DNA of 62,591 nucleotides, filler included, from Corallochytrium limacisporum Hawaii (GCA_002811645.1; 6 parts of 6 records of this genome joined end to end with filler, not necessarily neighbours in it), one strand, 5' to 3'; shown: positions 18,052-29,366, counted from the first letter of the whole stretch. The notes: generated by a model from the sequence alone, not told the origin. Numbers and translations are program-made.

Positions 18052-20940
18052 ATGAGCCTAAACAAAGCAGCCAGCAGTGGCACACCTGCCCCTGCTGTCA
18101 GCAGCAATACGCCGGTCACCACCAATGGCATCATGGACATAGAAAAACTGTTTACAAGTAGTGAAATTGCCACGTTACGGGAAGAGGAACGAAAGTTACG
18201 TAAGGATGCCGTCACCAGCCGTGAGGAGCTGCGTACCATGGTAGGCGAACAGTACCGCTATCTCATGCGCAACTGTGGTATCATTATGCAGATCCGTTCT
18301 GATGCTTTTCGGATACAGGAACAGTTGGTTTCTATTTCAGATCGCTTTGCACATTCAACCACCACGGCCACAGGAGTGGGAACAGGAATGGCCACAACAT
18401 CAACAGCAACTACGGATGACATTGCTGCCGCCAAACTACGGGAAGAGAGTGCGCTAATTGCGTACCGATGTCGGTTTGTAGGTGCGACACTTGATCTAGT
18501 GCAGACTTATCTTGACACGGAACAAATCATACGCGCGGCATCCACGTACCAAATGTCCCTGTCCATCCTGGAAAGTCTGGAACGGATGCAACAACAGCGT
18601 CCATCAGTGACGCAAGGTGCCATCCTGATGGTCAGCCCCCAGATGCTGCAATCTCTGCGTGACAGTCTTCAACTCTCCCTGCAACGGATTCTTGTGAAAG
18701 CAACGACGACCCTGAGCCGACCAGACGCCGTGCATACACTAACCGAAGGCGCAGGTCGCGGCCGTGGCGGACTAGTTACCGAATCATCGCAGAATCGCCT
18801 CACGCGCCGGACGTTGGAGGCATGGCTGACCCTGGGATCCTTTATCAATTCGGCCGACCGCCACGGACGAGCGATAGTCAACGTCGAGTCCTTTTGTCGA
18901 GTGCTGCTGAACTGTCGCACACTGTATTTCCGAGACCTGGCCGCGGCAATCATTGGAAGAGAGGACACAGAGAGAGATCCAGGCGCACAGAAAGAACATC
19001 GTCGTCCCACCAATACCAAGGATGGTGATCTGGCCTTCCGGCAGGCGCTTTACGTCCTCCTAGACACGTACGGTCTCGTTCAGGGCTTGCTTGATTCCTT
19101 TGCTGCAAAGCAATCCCTTGGCAGCATGTGGTCTGCCATTTGGAATGACTTGGCCGCTGCTCGCGACCCTCAGAATCTATCGGAAATCTTTCCGATCTTC
19201 CCGGACGGACGGCTGCTGCATCAGCGGTTGAAGGATGTGAATTTTGGCACGTCCGCCGGTCGATCACAATCAGCACCTACGCCTGGGTCACATCCTTTTT
19301 TTGCTTTCGACCAAGTGCACGACACTGTGCTTGACGCAGTGTCTGTGGATGAACGTAAGCGGATAACTGCGCTGGCCATGACCTTTCTTAGTCAGGCCGC
19401 CAAGCAGCACCTACGTAGACTGCTGGATTCCGTAGGTGATCTGAAACTCATGCGCCGAATCGGTTCGATGCCCCGCCCGGAGTTCATGGCCTTCCTCAAC
19501 GATGCCGCGTCTGAGATTGTTTCCTCGACGTCTAGGGCGGTTGACGTCGACGACATTGCATACAAAGCTTTGTCTTCGGAGATTCTGCAACCCATGTGTC
19601 TGAGCGCCATAGAAGTGTCATGTCGTCAGCTGCTAACCACCGCAGTTGCGGACATTGATGCTGCAATTGTGTCTGTGACTTCATCGTCGCTGACGACGAC
19701 AACCTCCACTGTTCTACTGGACCGTGCTTCTGTTCCTGAGGCAGCACGGGGCATGGCGCAAACCATGCAGAAATGCCTACACACTGTCGGAGAGCAAGTG
19801 GGAATCAGTCGGGGCAATAGCAGCACCAATATCAGCGGTACCGGTGAGGCAAGCGAAGGGACTGCAGACGAGGAAGAAAACATCCTTCTTGGTTCATCCC
19901 CGTCCGCATCGAATTTGACTGTGTCATCATTGGCGAGTGGTCAGTGGCAAGGCAGTGAGTCAGTAATCCGTTCCTTGGTGGAACACGTCGTGCAAAGCTG
20001 CGTAGAGATTAATCGTGCAATGCGGACTCGGACAAAGGAAGCATCAGAACAGCAGAAGCAGCAGATGGAGGTCCAAGACAACAACAAGACCAATGGTAGC
20101 AATGGCAGCGAGGACGTAGGACTATACTTAAGCCGTGCCTCTGCGGCTATCCTCAAGCACATGACTGGCCTCCTTAAATCCATTGGCCAGGCGTTTCGTG
20201 ACATGGATCACAGTCTGCTGACAGCACAGGCTACAATGAACGAGGAAGTGAGCACAACCATTGCGCAGATCGCGGAGCCATGGTTGCATCTACAGTGTCA
20301 ACTGGTAACCGAGGATCTTCAGGAAGACTACGATGCAGTTGCACAGATCGGTGAAGTGCGCTTGGCGCGCGGTTGGACACACGCCGGCAGCAAAGGTCAG
20401 GTGCTGCCCTCGGTCGCAAGTCCACGGTTACTTTCCATCGTCCGAGAGATAGCAGGCACTGTGCGATCCAGCCTCGGTCCCGAACTCTGCACTCTAATGC
20501 GTCCGTTCCTGTCTGGACGGGTCCGGGCGTTCTTAGGATCTGTGTTGGCCGCACAGGCCATGAAGATTAGTGCTGAAAATCAATCTTTAAGTGGCAAGGA
20601 TGACGCCCTTCTTCAAATCTATGCGGACCTTATCTTCCTCGACTGTCTTCTGCTGGTGCCAAAAGACGTAGGCGGAGGTCAGGCCCAAAGTGATGGTAAT
20701 GCTATGGCGACTCTGCAGAAGCTGTTGAGTCCAGTGACTCTGCGCACGGTGGATTCTGCAGTGCGTCAGAATATTTCACGTACTCTACAGTCATCGTACC
20801 TGCTCTATGTGCCCCTAGGGCCTTCAGATATGAGATCACTAGCCATGGTTACGCCCAACGCTATGCCCGCGGACAAGTCTGGGTCGGGAAGTTTGCTCAT
20901 TCCGACGCCACTGCCGCGCTTCCAGAACGTTGGCATTTGA
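18052..20940 (+). CDS. COG1: Conserved oligomeric Golgi complex subunit 1-like (Vps51/COG1 N-terminal domain)
   Basis: LFTSSEIATLREEERKLR...REELRTMVGEQYRYLM; C-terminal ALLQIYADLIFL and PRF motifs. Confidence 0.75.
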   Translation: MSLNKAASSGTPAPAVSSNTPVTTNGIMDIEKLFTSSEIATLREEERKLRKDAVTSREELRTMVGEQYRYLMRNCGIIMQIRSDAFRIQEQLVSISDRFAHSTTTATGVGTGMATTSTATTDDIAAAKLREESALIAYRCRFVGATLDLVQTYLDTEQIIRAASTYQMSLSILESLERMQQQRPSVTQGAILMVSPQMLQSLRDSLQLSLQRILVKATTTLSRPDAVHTLTEGAGRGRGGLVTESSQNRLTRRTLEAWLTLGSFINSADRHGRAIVNVESFCRVLLNCRTLYFRDLAAAIIGREDTERDPGAQKEHRRPTNTKDGDLAFRQALYVLLDTYGLVQGLLDSFAAKQSLGSMWSAIWNDLAAARDPQNLSEIFPIFPDGRLLHQRLKDVNFGTSAGRSQSAPTPGSHPFFAFDQVHDTVLDAVSVDERKRITALAMTFLSQAAKQHLRRLLDSVGDLKLMRRIGSMPRPEFMAFLNDAASEIVSSTSRAVDVDDIAYKALSSEILQPMCLSAIEVSCRQLLTTAVADIDAAIVSVTSSSLTTTTSTVLLDRASVPEAARGMAQTMQKCLHTVGEQVGISRGNSSTNISGTGEASEGTADEEENILLGSSPSASNLTVSSLASGQWQGSESVIRSLVEHVVQSCVEINRAMRTRTKEASEQQKQQMEVQDNNKTNGSNGSEDVGLYLSRASAAILKHMTGLLKSIGQAFRDMDHSLLTAQATMNEEVSTTIAQIAEPWLHLQCQLVTEDLQEDYDAVAQIGEVRLARGWTHAGSKGQVLPSVASPRLLSIVREIAGTVRSSLGPELCTLMRPFLSGRVRAFLGSVLAAQAMKISAENQSLSGKDDALLQIYADLIFLDCLLLVPKDVGGGQAQSDGNAMATLQKLLSPVTLRTVDSAVRQNISRTLQSSYLLYVPLGPSDMRSLAMVTPNAMPADKSGSGSLLIPTPLPRFQNVGI

Positions 20941-21098
20941 AAGAATGGATCACTGAGACAAAGCAGAAATTATAGAGATAAGAATTGTACAAGGATCAGC
21001 TCATTCTCAGACACGTGTGTTAGAGTGGTGTCATGAACGATAATTGATTTGTGCTCTATTGATGCCCATGTGACATAGCCATGTGTACCCTACGTGTT

Positions 21099-22826
21099 TC
21101 AAGGCACGATTGGGAAAGCGACATCCCAGGCCATTCCACAGATGTTCTTGTTGCGGACCATGCGGAAGTAGCCTTCCTCTCCCCACAAGTTGCCCCAGCT
21201 ATTGCGCACAATCCAGTAGTCGCGAGAACCCTCTGGCTGGAGGTCATCAGTGCCGTACCCCACCACCAGAACAACGTGGTTCAGTTCATCCGCCTTCACA
21301 CCATAGCAGAGAGGGTCATCATAGACACCCGAAGAGTAGTAGATCATGGACTGCTTAGCGGCCAAGTATGCAACCTTGAGTGGACCACCATAGGCCACGG
21401 CATTGAGCATCATCTCCTCGTTTTCCTGTTCAATGCGCATAACGCCTGACAGGGAGGCAACAGGCTTCACGTCCTTCTTGCACATACCAGTGGCCATGAA
21501 GTAGCCGTAGTCGTCACTGTCAGTCTGGCCCCCGGTAGCATTTACATATTCCCATGCGAGTGCTTCGTCACCACCGTTGCAGCCGTTGTTGCCAAAATCC
21601 CAAGAGCAATCGATCAATTGCTGCTCACTTAGCTTGGCGATCTTACCGGTGTAGCGCGCCCAGTGAGCCTCCAGGGTTGCGGTGGCACCGAATGCCCAGC
21701 AGCCGCCACAGACACCTTGCTCCTTGATGGGACCAATGATCCCCTCCTCACGCCAGTCAAAGTGCTTGGGAGGAGGGTTCTGGAAGGGCTTGTATGGGTG
21801 CTCCTTAAAACCCGATTTCTCACTGACGTCTTGCTTCAGTTCCTTGGCCTTGGCCTGGATCTCACTGCGAGGGATGTCACCGAAGAGCTTGTCCTGCAGT
21901 TCGTCTACGCGGTGGTCCATCCACTGGTTGGCCTTCATCACGAAGCTGGTGTTCTTGCGGTTACCGTGGTAAATGTAGTGCAGGTTATCACGGAAGACTG
22001 CCTTTCGCTCGTGATGTTCCATGTCATCACTGTACTTGCGACCGTGCTCCTTCATGTAGTCGGCAAAGGCATCGTCAACGTGATACTCACCACGGGCGAA
22101 CTTACCGTACTGCAGCAGAGGAGCCATAGCAGCTTCCTTGTGATCCTGGGCCTCGCTCTTGGGGCAGTATTCGGGTACCTCAAAGGCACCGTCTGGGGTG
22201 CCAGCAGCGTACATATCGTAATCCATGACGTAGCGATCCCAATGGGAACCAATTAGCTCAGTGTAGGCCATCATTTCGTACTTGTACGGTATCCATTCTC
22301 CGCCAATCAGCTGGGCATAGAACTGGAAGGTGGCATCATGGCCGTCACCCGGGGCCTTTTTCTTCCAGACATGGCAGATGGGATTGGACTGGTCCTTGCC
22401 AGACTCAGCTGGGGCCTCGTGCTCGGGGCAGGCAGACTCTCCCTGGTAGACAAAGCCGTCATCGGATATGTCAGGCAGCAAGCCAGTGGCGTACATCTTG
22501 GGATGGATCTCTCCCTCAATGAAGCGACATCCAGGCTTATCCATACGGTAATAAGTCTGGGTAATGACCTGGTTTGGGTAGTCGTAGATGTAGGCATTGG
22601 TGCCGTCATAGAAGGCAGTCTTGTACAAACCACCGGGGACATCAGCGTAAGCGGTCACAGGTTCGTGGATGTCACCGGCAGGCACGCTGAAGGTACCCTT
22701 GACGGTAAAAACCTGACCCCAGTCAGGCTTCTTAGGGGCAGCATCAGAGCGCTCCAGAGTGAACGAGGCACCAGAGGCAACTGCGATGCCTGCAGCAAAC
22801 ACGGAAGTTGTAGTGATCTTCTGCAT
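21099..22826 (-). CDS. Papain-family (C1A) cysteine protease of the 26/29-kDa proteinase / CfaD type
   Basis: Signal peptide; long N-terminal extension; I29 prodomain; catalytic QGVCGGCWAF, LNHVVLVVGYG, RNSWG. Confidence 0.93.
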   Translation of the reverse strand: MQKITTTSVFAAGIAVASGASFTLERSDAAPKKPDWGQVFTVKGTFSVPAGDIHEPVTAYADVPGGLYKTAFYDGTNAYIYDYPNQVITQTYYRMDKPGCRFIEGEIHPKMYATGLLPDISDDGFVYQGESACPEHEAPAESGKDQSNPICHVWKKKAPGDGHDATFQFYAQLIGGEWIPYKYEMMAYTELIGSHWDRYVMDYDMYAAGTPDGAFEVPEYCPKSEAQDHKEAAMAPLLQYGKFARGEYHVDDAFADYMKEHGRKYSDDMEHHERKAVFRDNLHYIYHGNRKNTSFVMKANQWMDHRVDELQDKLFGDIPRSEIQAKAKELKQDVSEKSGFKEHPYKPFQNPPPKHFDWREEGIIGPIKEQGVCGGCWAFGATATLEAHWARYTGKIAKLSEQQLIDCSWDFGNNGCNGGDEALAWEYVNATGGQTDSDDYGYFMATGMCKKDVKPVASLSGVMRIEQENEEMMLNAVAYGGPLKVAYLAAKQSMIYYSSGVYDDPLCYGVKADELNHVVLVVGYGTDDLQPEGSRDYWIVRNSWGNLWGEEGYFRMVRNKNICGMAWDVAFPIVP

Positions 22827-23503
22827 TGTGGAGACTAGAAAAGTTACAGAACTCATGAAACTATTCAGCTCAGCAAGGCTGTAACTCTGACCACCCAAAT
22901 GCTAAAATACCTCCAAGATGTATGCGTCAGATAGAATCCAGATGCGAGCAACATCCGCGCCTTCTCACGGAAAAACTCCATCAAATCATCGACCTGGGCC
23001 CGTGCCGTAAGAGCCACTGACATCAGTGCTGGCTGAAAACTCAAAGCTCCCTTCCAGAGTCCCCGCCCCCTTTCACATTCATTGAGCGGGAACCCATACC
23101 GGAAGTATCGAATGGCGAGTACACAACTGTACTCGTGACTGTATAGAGGATTGGTAGGAGAAAACACCATCCCCGCCATCGTCTACTGTGTTGGGTCCGA
23201 TATCATCTGGCCCAAGAGTGTCGCACAACATAAATACAAAACACAGGAACCTTTCAGCTGGGAGTGCGCAATTGAGTTTGTGTGTGTAGTAGAGATTGAA
23301 CACACGCGATGTGAGTCTCTAGGTTTCGTAGAGCCCTCCTACGTGAATTTGACACACGCTTGTGGATAATGTTAACTTTTTGGGGGAGGGTACTTTGGAG
23401 CACACGCACCAACAGCGTAGATGTGCGAATCGCGGTCTTGGGAACAAATATGTCTGCGGGGCTATGGATGATTCAATTGCGCCTCAGATATCTTCAGAAA
23501 CGC

Positions 23504-23541
23504 ACTCACCCACACACTCATATACATACACACACACACAC
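23504..23541. repeat. Imperfect (CA)n microsatellite
   Basis: cacacactcatatacatacacacacacacac. Confidence 0.7.
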
Positions 23542-24727
23542 CTGCCATCGCTTGCCATCTGTGGTAGACGGAGATGCAAGATGAATGGACGCGTGGTGTG
23601 GAGTCCTGATCTGTCTGATGCCCGGAGCGAGTGTGTGTCCTCAGTGCGACCGCACGGGGTGAGCGAAGCAATGAGCAGAAGCGCAAGAAAGACAAGGATA
23701 AGATAAACATTCTGTTGTGGGCGCTCCGAAATTCCCTCGCGTGCCCCTTTCCCGCGCCTTTCAACGAGAATATGAACCTAGCAGTGCCTTCGTGAAACTG
23801 CCTCTTCCTAATGGCTTCCCACACTTCGTGTGTTTATCCTCCCCTGCGGTGGCTAAGAGAATGAATCGCCGTTTAGTCCCCGTTTGTCGCAGAGTGCGTC
23901 CGGAAGTTTAAAAACAGAAATGTGTGACCCGCCCTACCAACACAATCTCTGGTACATGGTACCAACCCATTTGTCTAATAGCGAAGACCCCACCTCCCTT
24001 GGGGTGGAGGTGATTGCGTTGGTGGGGTCCCAGTTCGAACCCCATCTTCTCCCCAAGGGGGGGGGGATCTGGTTTTGTTGGCTATATAGCCAGTATGTCA
24101 CCTCCTTCTTGGTGGTGTGTTGGACGTAGACACGGCCCCAACCCAGTCTAAGCACAATATCGCAATCTCAGTACAAAGTCCAGCACAATGACCAGCACCT
24201 TCCCTTGTGGAACAAAAGACCATGGGAAGAAAAAGAGACTCCCCGCTTCGACCGTTTTCAACCACCAGTCATCAGGGATGCACCTTCTGGTGCTGCAGTG
24301 CCGCCTGCCATGCCACACCGGGGGCTAATGAGACGAAATGAAACTATGGGCAGACCCCTCCCCGGGGGGTTGAACTGTGGGAAAAACTTACCAACCCTGT
24401 GTTTGCTATGACCTGTGTTTTATCCTATTTGTTCCCTGGAGAGAAAACTGGAGTGAAAAAAAGCCAGACAAGAAATCAGTCACGAGTTGAATATGGATCT
24501 GGCGGTATGGAACGGACAGCGGCCGTCCATGAGCGGCAGAGTACCACTTTGGTCGAACTAAGAAATCCTTTTGAAACGATTCCCAGACGAATGTCATTTG
24601 CGGCAGGATCTTTGTTCACAAGTACCACCCTCTGTCTGGGAATATTGTATCAAATCTATTCTTTTTGATTTAGCTCTGCCGTCGCTTGGGAGAGCGGGAA
24701 AATTTTGACAGATTCGAACTCAGCACC

Positions 24728-24827
24728 NNNNNNNNNNNNNNNNNNNNNNNNNNNNNNNNNNNNNNNNNNNNTTAATTAATTAANNNNNNNNNNNNNNNNN
24801 NNNNNNNNNNNNNNNNNNNNNNNNNNN
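24728..24827. other. Artificial contig linker
   Basis: N-TTAATTAATTAA-N. Confidence 0.98.
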
Positions 24828-24840
24828 CTAACCCTAACCC
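24828..24840. repeat. Telomere-type (CCCTAA)n remnant at contig start
   Basis: ctaaccctaaccc are the first bases of the contig, in the orientation expected for a left chromosome end. Confidence 0.55.
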
Positions 24841-25200
24841 CGTCCCCGTCCCCGTGAGCCCTTTGCGTCGGCGAATGTGCCAACGCGAGCCATTAGATGT
24901 TAAAGTTTAAGTACAGATTCCGACCCCCTACCCTCTACCCTTACTCTCCTACACCTATAGAGTACTGAAGCATTTCTCCGCGATATGTCCATATTCTTGA
25001 GAATTTTCAGTCCATTTGCTGCGGTTTGCCATCAATATTTTGTTCCCGATCTTGGGTTTTTTTCAGTTGGTGTTATCGTATGTATACTAGGAAGAGGAAA
25101 TATCTACCTATTTTAGAAATGCTTCAAATAGTCGAAGTTGTCTTACCAGCGAAGCATTTCAGACATCGATTGTTGGCACCCATAGTAAATATTTGAATGA

Positions 25201-25341
25201 AACAAAGTTGAGCATAAGTACGAGGTGGATGAGGCCAATCTATACCGTAAGATGAGATGGCATGGTCTCGAATATTGGGTAAGGGAAACCTGGCTTCCTG
25301 AGAACGACGTGAACCCTCTCGAGCACTGGGTTGCTAATTTT
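25201..25341 (+). pseudogene. Chromodomain-like relic
   Basis: Stop-bounded frame KYEVDEANLYRKMRWHGLEYWVR-ETWLPENDVNPLEHWVANF resembles YEV...EYxVK...TWxPxxxL; lacks the WxGY segment and a start codon. Confidence 0.45.
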
Positions 25342-25568
25342 GGATGTTGGGGCTGTGCGTCCATATCATGTCAATATCAAAATTATGGTTGGCTGTAAAG
25401 GGGATCAAGAGGATGTTTTCCACTATTCTATGGAACCCTTGTACTGTCACAGTGATTGCTTTCAACAAATACATCAACAGCTATTTAAGATATCTTTTGA
25501 ACAGAGATTTCGATGGAAAAGGTATTCGAACCATTACCCTTACGTATTTTCAGAATATCTTGTTGATC

Positions 25569-26576
25569 ATGAAGAATTCCGTGCTACTCACTACCGGCAT
25601 TATGGTGTGGTCCGCAGGGGCAGCCGCGGTTCCGGCCTCTTATTTGCCCACTGCTCGTAATGCAGTAGTGTACGACCCAATGGAATCGGAAAACAACGCT
25701 ACGCCAAGTGAAGGCAACGACATTGGTTTCCTCGGCGAATTCGTACCGAGTGAGCGGGTCCAAGTTCATTTCGGCATCGACCCTCAGACGAGGAATGAGA
25801 CTGGAGCCAAATATGAGTATTTCACGGTGGCGTTCAATATCTCGGAAGATGATCCTCATATCAAAGGTGCAGACAATATCGATCTGTGCGTCGAACAGAC
25901 GTATTACGTGTTTCAAGTCCCCGGCATGGATATCACAGTTCCTGAGCACTCTCTTTTGGCTTCACAGGGAAATACGACTGAAACGTTTTGTAAGTCGATT
26001 GATATTCAAGACATCAAAAACCTGCGCACGCAGTCTGTGTTTACATCGTCCATTTGCTCGGACAAGGAGGGCTGGAAGGGCGGCTATGATCAAAAATGGA
26101 CGCTGAAGATCACCACCAGCACCAACGAAATCAATATTTATCCCCTGAGATCCCCGTCACTGGTTCCGTCCCGCGTGGTCCAAGATAACATTGCGGTCAT
26201 GGATAATTTCCCTGTACCAAACAAGAGGGAATTCTGCGTAGACATAACGTCTCCTTACTACGGCACTGTGTGTAAGTGGCACGTTGCTACCTTGGGGTTG
26301 AATGAGGAGCCGCACGACGCGTTTTGGTACACTGGCGCAGTATGGGTAAGTCAGGTGGGAAGACCAGCGGGCTCGGTAACCACAATGGCTCAAAACTACG
26401 GCATAACTTATGAGGATGGCCAGTACTATGGTCTCTGGAACGAAGTAAGAACTGACATTGCTCTAAAAGATATGTATGTGCACCCTGGAAGCAGCGAGAA
26501 CTATTCCCTTGGTATCGTTCTCATGCTTCAGAAGGACAAATGGGGCTACATCGAATACATGTGTTCCATGTCATGA
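25569..26576 (+). CDS. Secreted protein of unknown function (335 aa, beta-rich)
   Basis: Signal peptide MKNSVLLTTGIMVWSAGAAA; N-glycosylation sequons; six Cys; start chosen at the signal-peptide ATG. Confidence 0.75.
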   Translation: MKNSVLLTTGIMVWSAGAAAVPASYLPTARNAVVYDPMESENNATPSEGNDIGFLGEFVPSERVQVHFGIDPQTRNETGAKYEYFTVAFNISEDDPHIKGADNIDLCVEQTYYVFQVPGMDITVPEHSLLASQGNTTETFCKSIDIQDIKNLRTQSVFTSSICSDKEGWKGGYDQKWTLKITTSTNEINIYPLRSPSLVPSRVVQDNIAVMDNFPVPNKREFCVDITSPYYGTVCKWHVATLGLNEEPHDAFWYTGAVWVSQVGRPAGSVTTMAQNYGITYEDGQYYGLWNEVRTDIALKDMYVHPGSSENYSLGIVLMLQKDKWGYIEYMCSMS

Positions 26577-27708
26577 GTTGTAATAAAGTGCAAACATTTC
26601 CACAATGATCTTCGACATCCAATAGAGCAGTAGCTGACATGAAGAGCACGTCTTCCCATTCTAGCAACAGGGTCCATCCCAGGTTCAGTATCGCACACCG
26701 AAGGAGTTCTGGTTCGTCACAAGTAAGGCTTGATAACATTCGCGGCCTGTGACGACGAGAACAGTGTGCTCGGTTAATGAACTAGTGCTTGCGGTAACCC
26801 TCCCAGTTCCGCGGATGCGGAAATACTAGCTTATCCGAAGTGCCTCAGTCGCCTTGGATCTGAACAGGTTTCCTCCGTGACCCTAGTGTTCCATCCAGCT
26901 GGCCATAAGAACATTGGCTAGGTTTATTGAACTGTCCGCTTAACCATGTAATTCTAGTTCAAGTATTCAGCACCGAATCCCAGCGGCTCTCGCCGAATTA
27001 TCATATTTGATTTTGCTGCTAGATATCCCCGGAACATGACTACTTAAGCAGCATTGGGCCCGAGATTGACATGTAATCTGTGATATTGAATGCCCGTCTC
27101 TATTAGATGTTGTTCGAACAGAGGATCAGCTAAGACGCCACGCCTTGAAGGATAGAAAAAATAACCGGTTGTGCTCGCGCTGCAGTGGCACCAGCTTTTA
27201 TACTGGAACTGGGATCACGGATGCGCGAACACCCTTGGCTTGCGGTAGATAAGATCCCATTTTTAATCCGCGCACGAAAACCCCCTCCCAGTTCGCCTCG
27301 ATACCAACGGGCCAGATATTAACAGAATGGTACCCACCGACTAGAAACCCCGCACAGGCCGCTCCCGTACATGCAGGTGTGCCATAATGACGTGTTGGAC
27401 CCGCAAAGCGGTCCATACAACCGACCATAATACAACTACCAAAATAGGTAGATTACGCCAAAACCTTGTTTCGTTGGAACCATTACCCACCTCGTAGAGC
27501 GCGGTGTATTCCTGCTTGTAGATTACTGATAGCAAGCTCCAAAACTATGATAAATGTACCACACATGCAATAACGTGAATAAAAAGAGTACCACGCACCA
27601 TGCTGCACGAAGGTATTTAAGGCCCACATGGATAGCAGGTTTTAGTGCTTGGCGATCTGATTCAAACTAACATAATTCGTTGTTACTTTCCAATTACCTA
27701 TCCAAAAA

Positions 27709-27984
27709 ATGAAGTACTTTGTCATTGCTCTCTGTTCCCTGGTCATCACTGGCACAATGGGTACTGTCTCGGAGCAGGACACGATCGATGCAATCACCAG
27801 AGCTTACGACGAGGTTAGTGACAACTGCCGTGCTGACGTTATCGCAGCCTATAAAGATGTTGTCGGCGAAGAGCACCTCGTGGGATGCAGTCCCATTCCC
27901 GCCATGCCTTGCAGCAGTAATTCTGACTGTTGTTGGCCGCTGCACTGCCAGTCGGGTTGGATGTTTGGTACTTGTGAACTTTAA
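27709..27984 (+). CDS. Secreted knottin (ICK) prepropeptide
   Basis: Signal MKYFVIALCSLVITGTMG; acidic pro-region; C-terminal C-x7-C-x5-CC-x4-C-x8-C; A-rich start context aaaaaATG. Confidence 0.8.
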   Translation: MKYFVIALCSLVITGTMGTVSEQDTIDAITRAYDEVSDNCRADVIAAYKDVVGEEHLVGCSPIPAMPCSSNSDCCWPLHCQSGWMFGTCEL

Positions 27985-28449
27985 GTGGAGGTAGATTTGC
28001 GCAGTCCTCTTCACGGAACTAAAGGCTTAAAACAGAAGGCTAGCGTTTTATCCGTGAGTACGAAGTCCTCAGGCACTCGTTTTCCTTGTATAGGATCATT
28101 GAATTCTATTCCGAGCAAACCTGTTTAATAGAACTCTGTAGTCTGTACAAGCCCGCACCTGATCAGTCACCAGAGCTGTTCTGCACACATCGTCATTTGT
28201 ACCAAACATGTACGCGGTACCAAAATTTCGTACTCGCCTTCATCTCCAATAATGAAAACACCAGGTAGAAAGGGTGACAATGCCATCGTGCAAAGTTTTT
28301 AATACAAGCTCAATAATCCACGAGCAGCTAGATCTGTTGTTAACGGCCAGACTGGATGGTACAACGGCTCTATCTATCGACATCCCCAAGTTCCATACGA
28401 CATTGGGCAGTGTCCTCGATACAAGTGATATCAACCGGTATGCGACGCC

Positions 28450-28880
28450 GCCAAATAGCGCACAAGCACGGGATGAACCTTGACAACAATGGCCTAAGAA
28501 CTAGCCCCAGAGTCCACTACCGACATTCAAAGTCAAGCCTTTGAATAGTCTCTGTTGTGAATACGTTGATGATTATTGGCGTACGTAGTGAATCCTGCCA
28601 TATTTTTCGCATTCTTCTACTAGCAAATGTTCACGGCAGCGGGAGCGATGGAGATCCGGACAAGACCGCGTTGCACGCCGCTGCGAATACGATGCTGCAA
28701 AGAACACCATTACATTCATCGTTGGTACAGATAGAGACCTCGTTACTGTCGTGATACACGGACAGTAAAGTTTAAGTTTTAGAGCGGAAAGAGGGATGCT
28801 TACCTTCATGGCAATCTCTAAGAGCCCCTGTCAGACGAACGAAAGCAGCTGTCACTGACGGCCGGGCACCCTCATAAGGA
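28450..28880 (+). pseudogene. Possible ankyrin-repeat relic
   Basis: Fragments DPDKTALHAAA, RTPLH, DNNGLRTSP and DGRAP in broken frames. Confidence 0.3.
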
Positions 28881-28964
28881 TGCACATGATCGTTCGAATC
28901 TAGGCACTCTAAGTGATGACATCCGGGATCTCGTTGCACGAGTACCGAGGAACAATTCTATAGA

Positions 28965-29366
28965 TCAGTTCAGATTGCAAATAAGGATATCAAAGTACAC
29001 TTGGCGTTTCAACTCATTGAGCACTGAGTAATATGGTACAACTCGGAATCCCTGCGGTAAAAGCCATTCGTTGCAACTACCCTGCCAGCCTTGAAGTCCT
29101 TGAACTGCACAACCAAGGTCATGGCAGCCACTGGACAAAACTGTGCAATCCGTGGGCAAACTAGCAAGTTCCTCGGATGCAATTGGAAGCCATTGACGCT
29201 CAAACTCGTCATGGATGTTTTCAAAGCCACTGCTTTTCTTGTTGTACTTCACCTTGCCGAACCGCCATGTAGAACAGCAGATCAGAGGAACAGAGGGAGT
29301 GTAAGCGTACTTGGCCACAACCTTGGCCTCTGGCATGGAGGGTGCGCAACAGAAGTAGTTGCCCAT
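28965..29366 (-). CDS. Small putatively N-acylated protein of unknown function
   Basis: MGNYFCC start (Gly2 myristoylation plus Cys palmitoylation pattern); 133 aa with ordinary globular composition. Confidence 0.6.
   Translation of the reverse strand: MGNYFCCAPSMPEAKVVAKYAYTPSVPLICCSTWRFGKVKYNKKSSGFENIHDEFERQWLPIASEELASLPTDCTVLSSGCHDLGCAVQGLQGWQGSCNEWLLPQGFRVVPYYSVLNELKRQVYFDILICNLN

Noticed and set aside
23998-24057. Hairpin containing GTTCGAA
   Set aside because: No D or anticodon arms; G/C runs make such pairing likely by chance
24700-24727. Reverse-strand GTTCGAAT T-loop-like motif at contig end
   Set aside because: T-stem does not pair and the sequence is truncated; a tRNA cannot be supported
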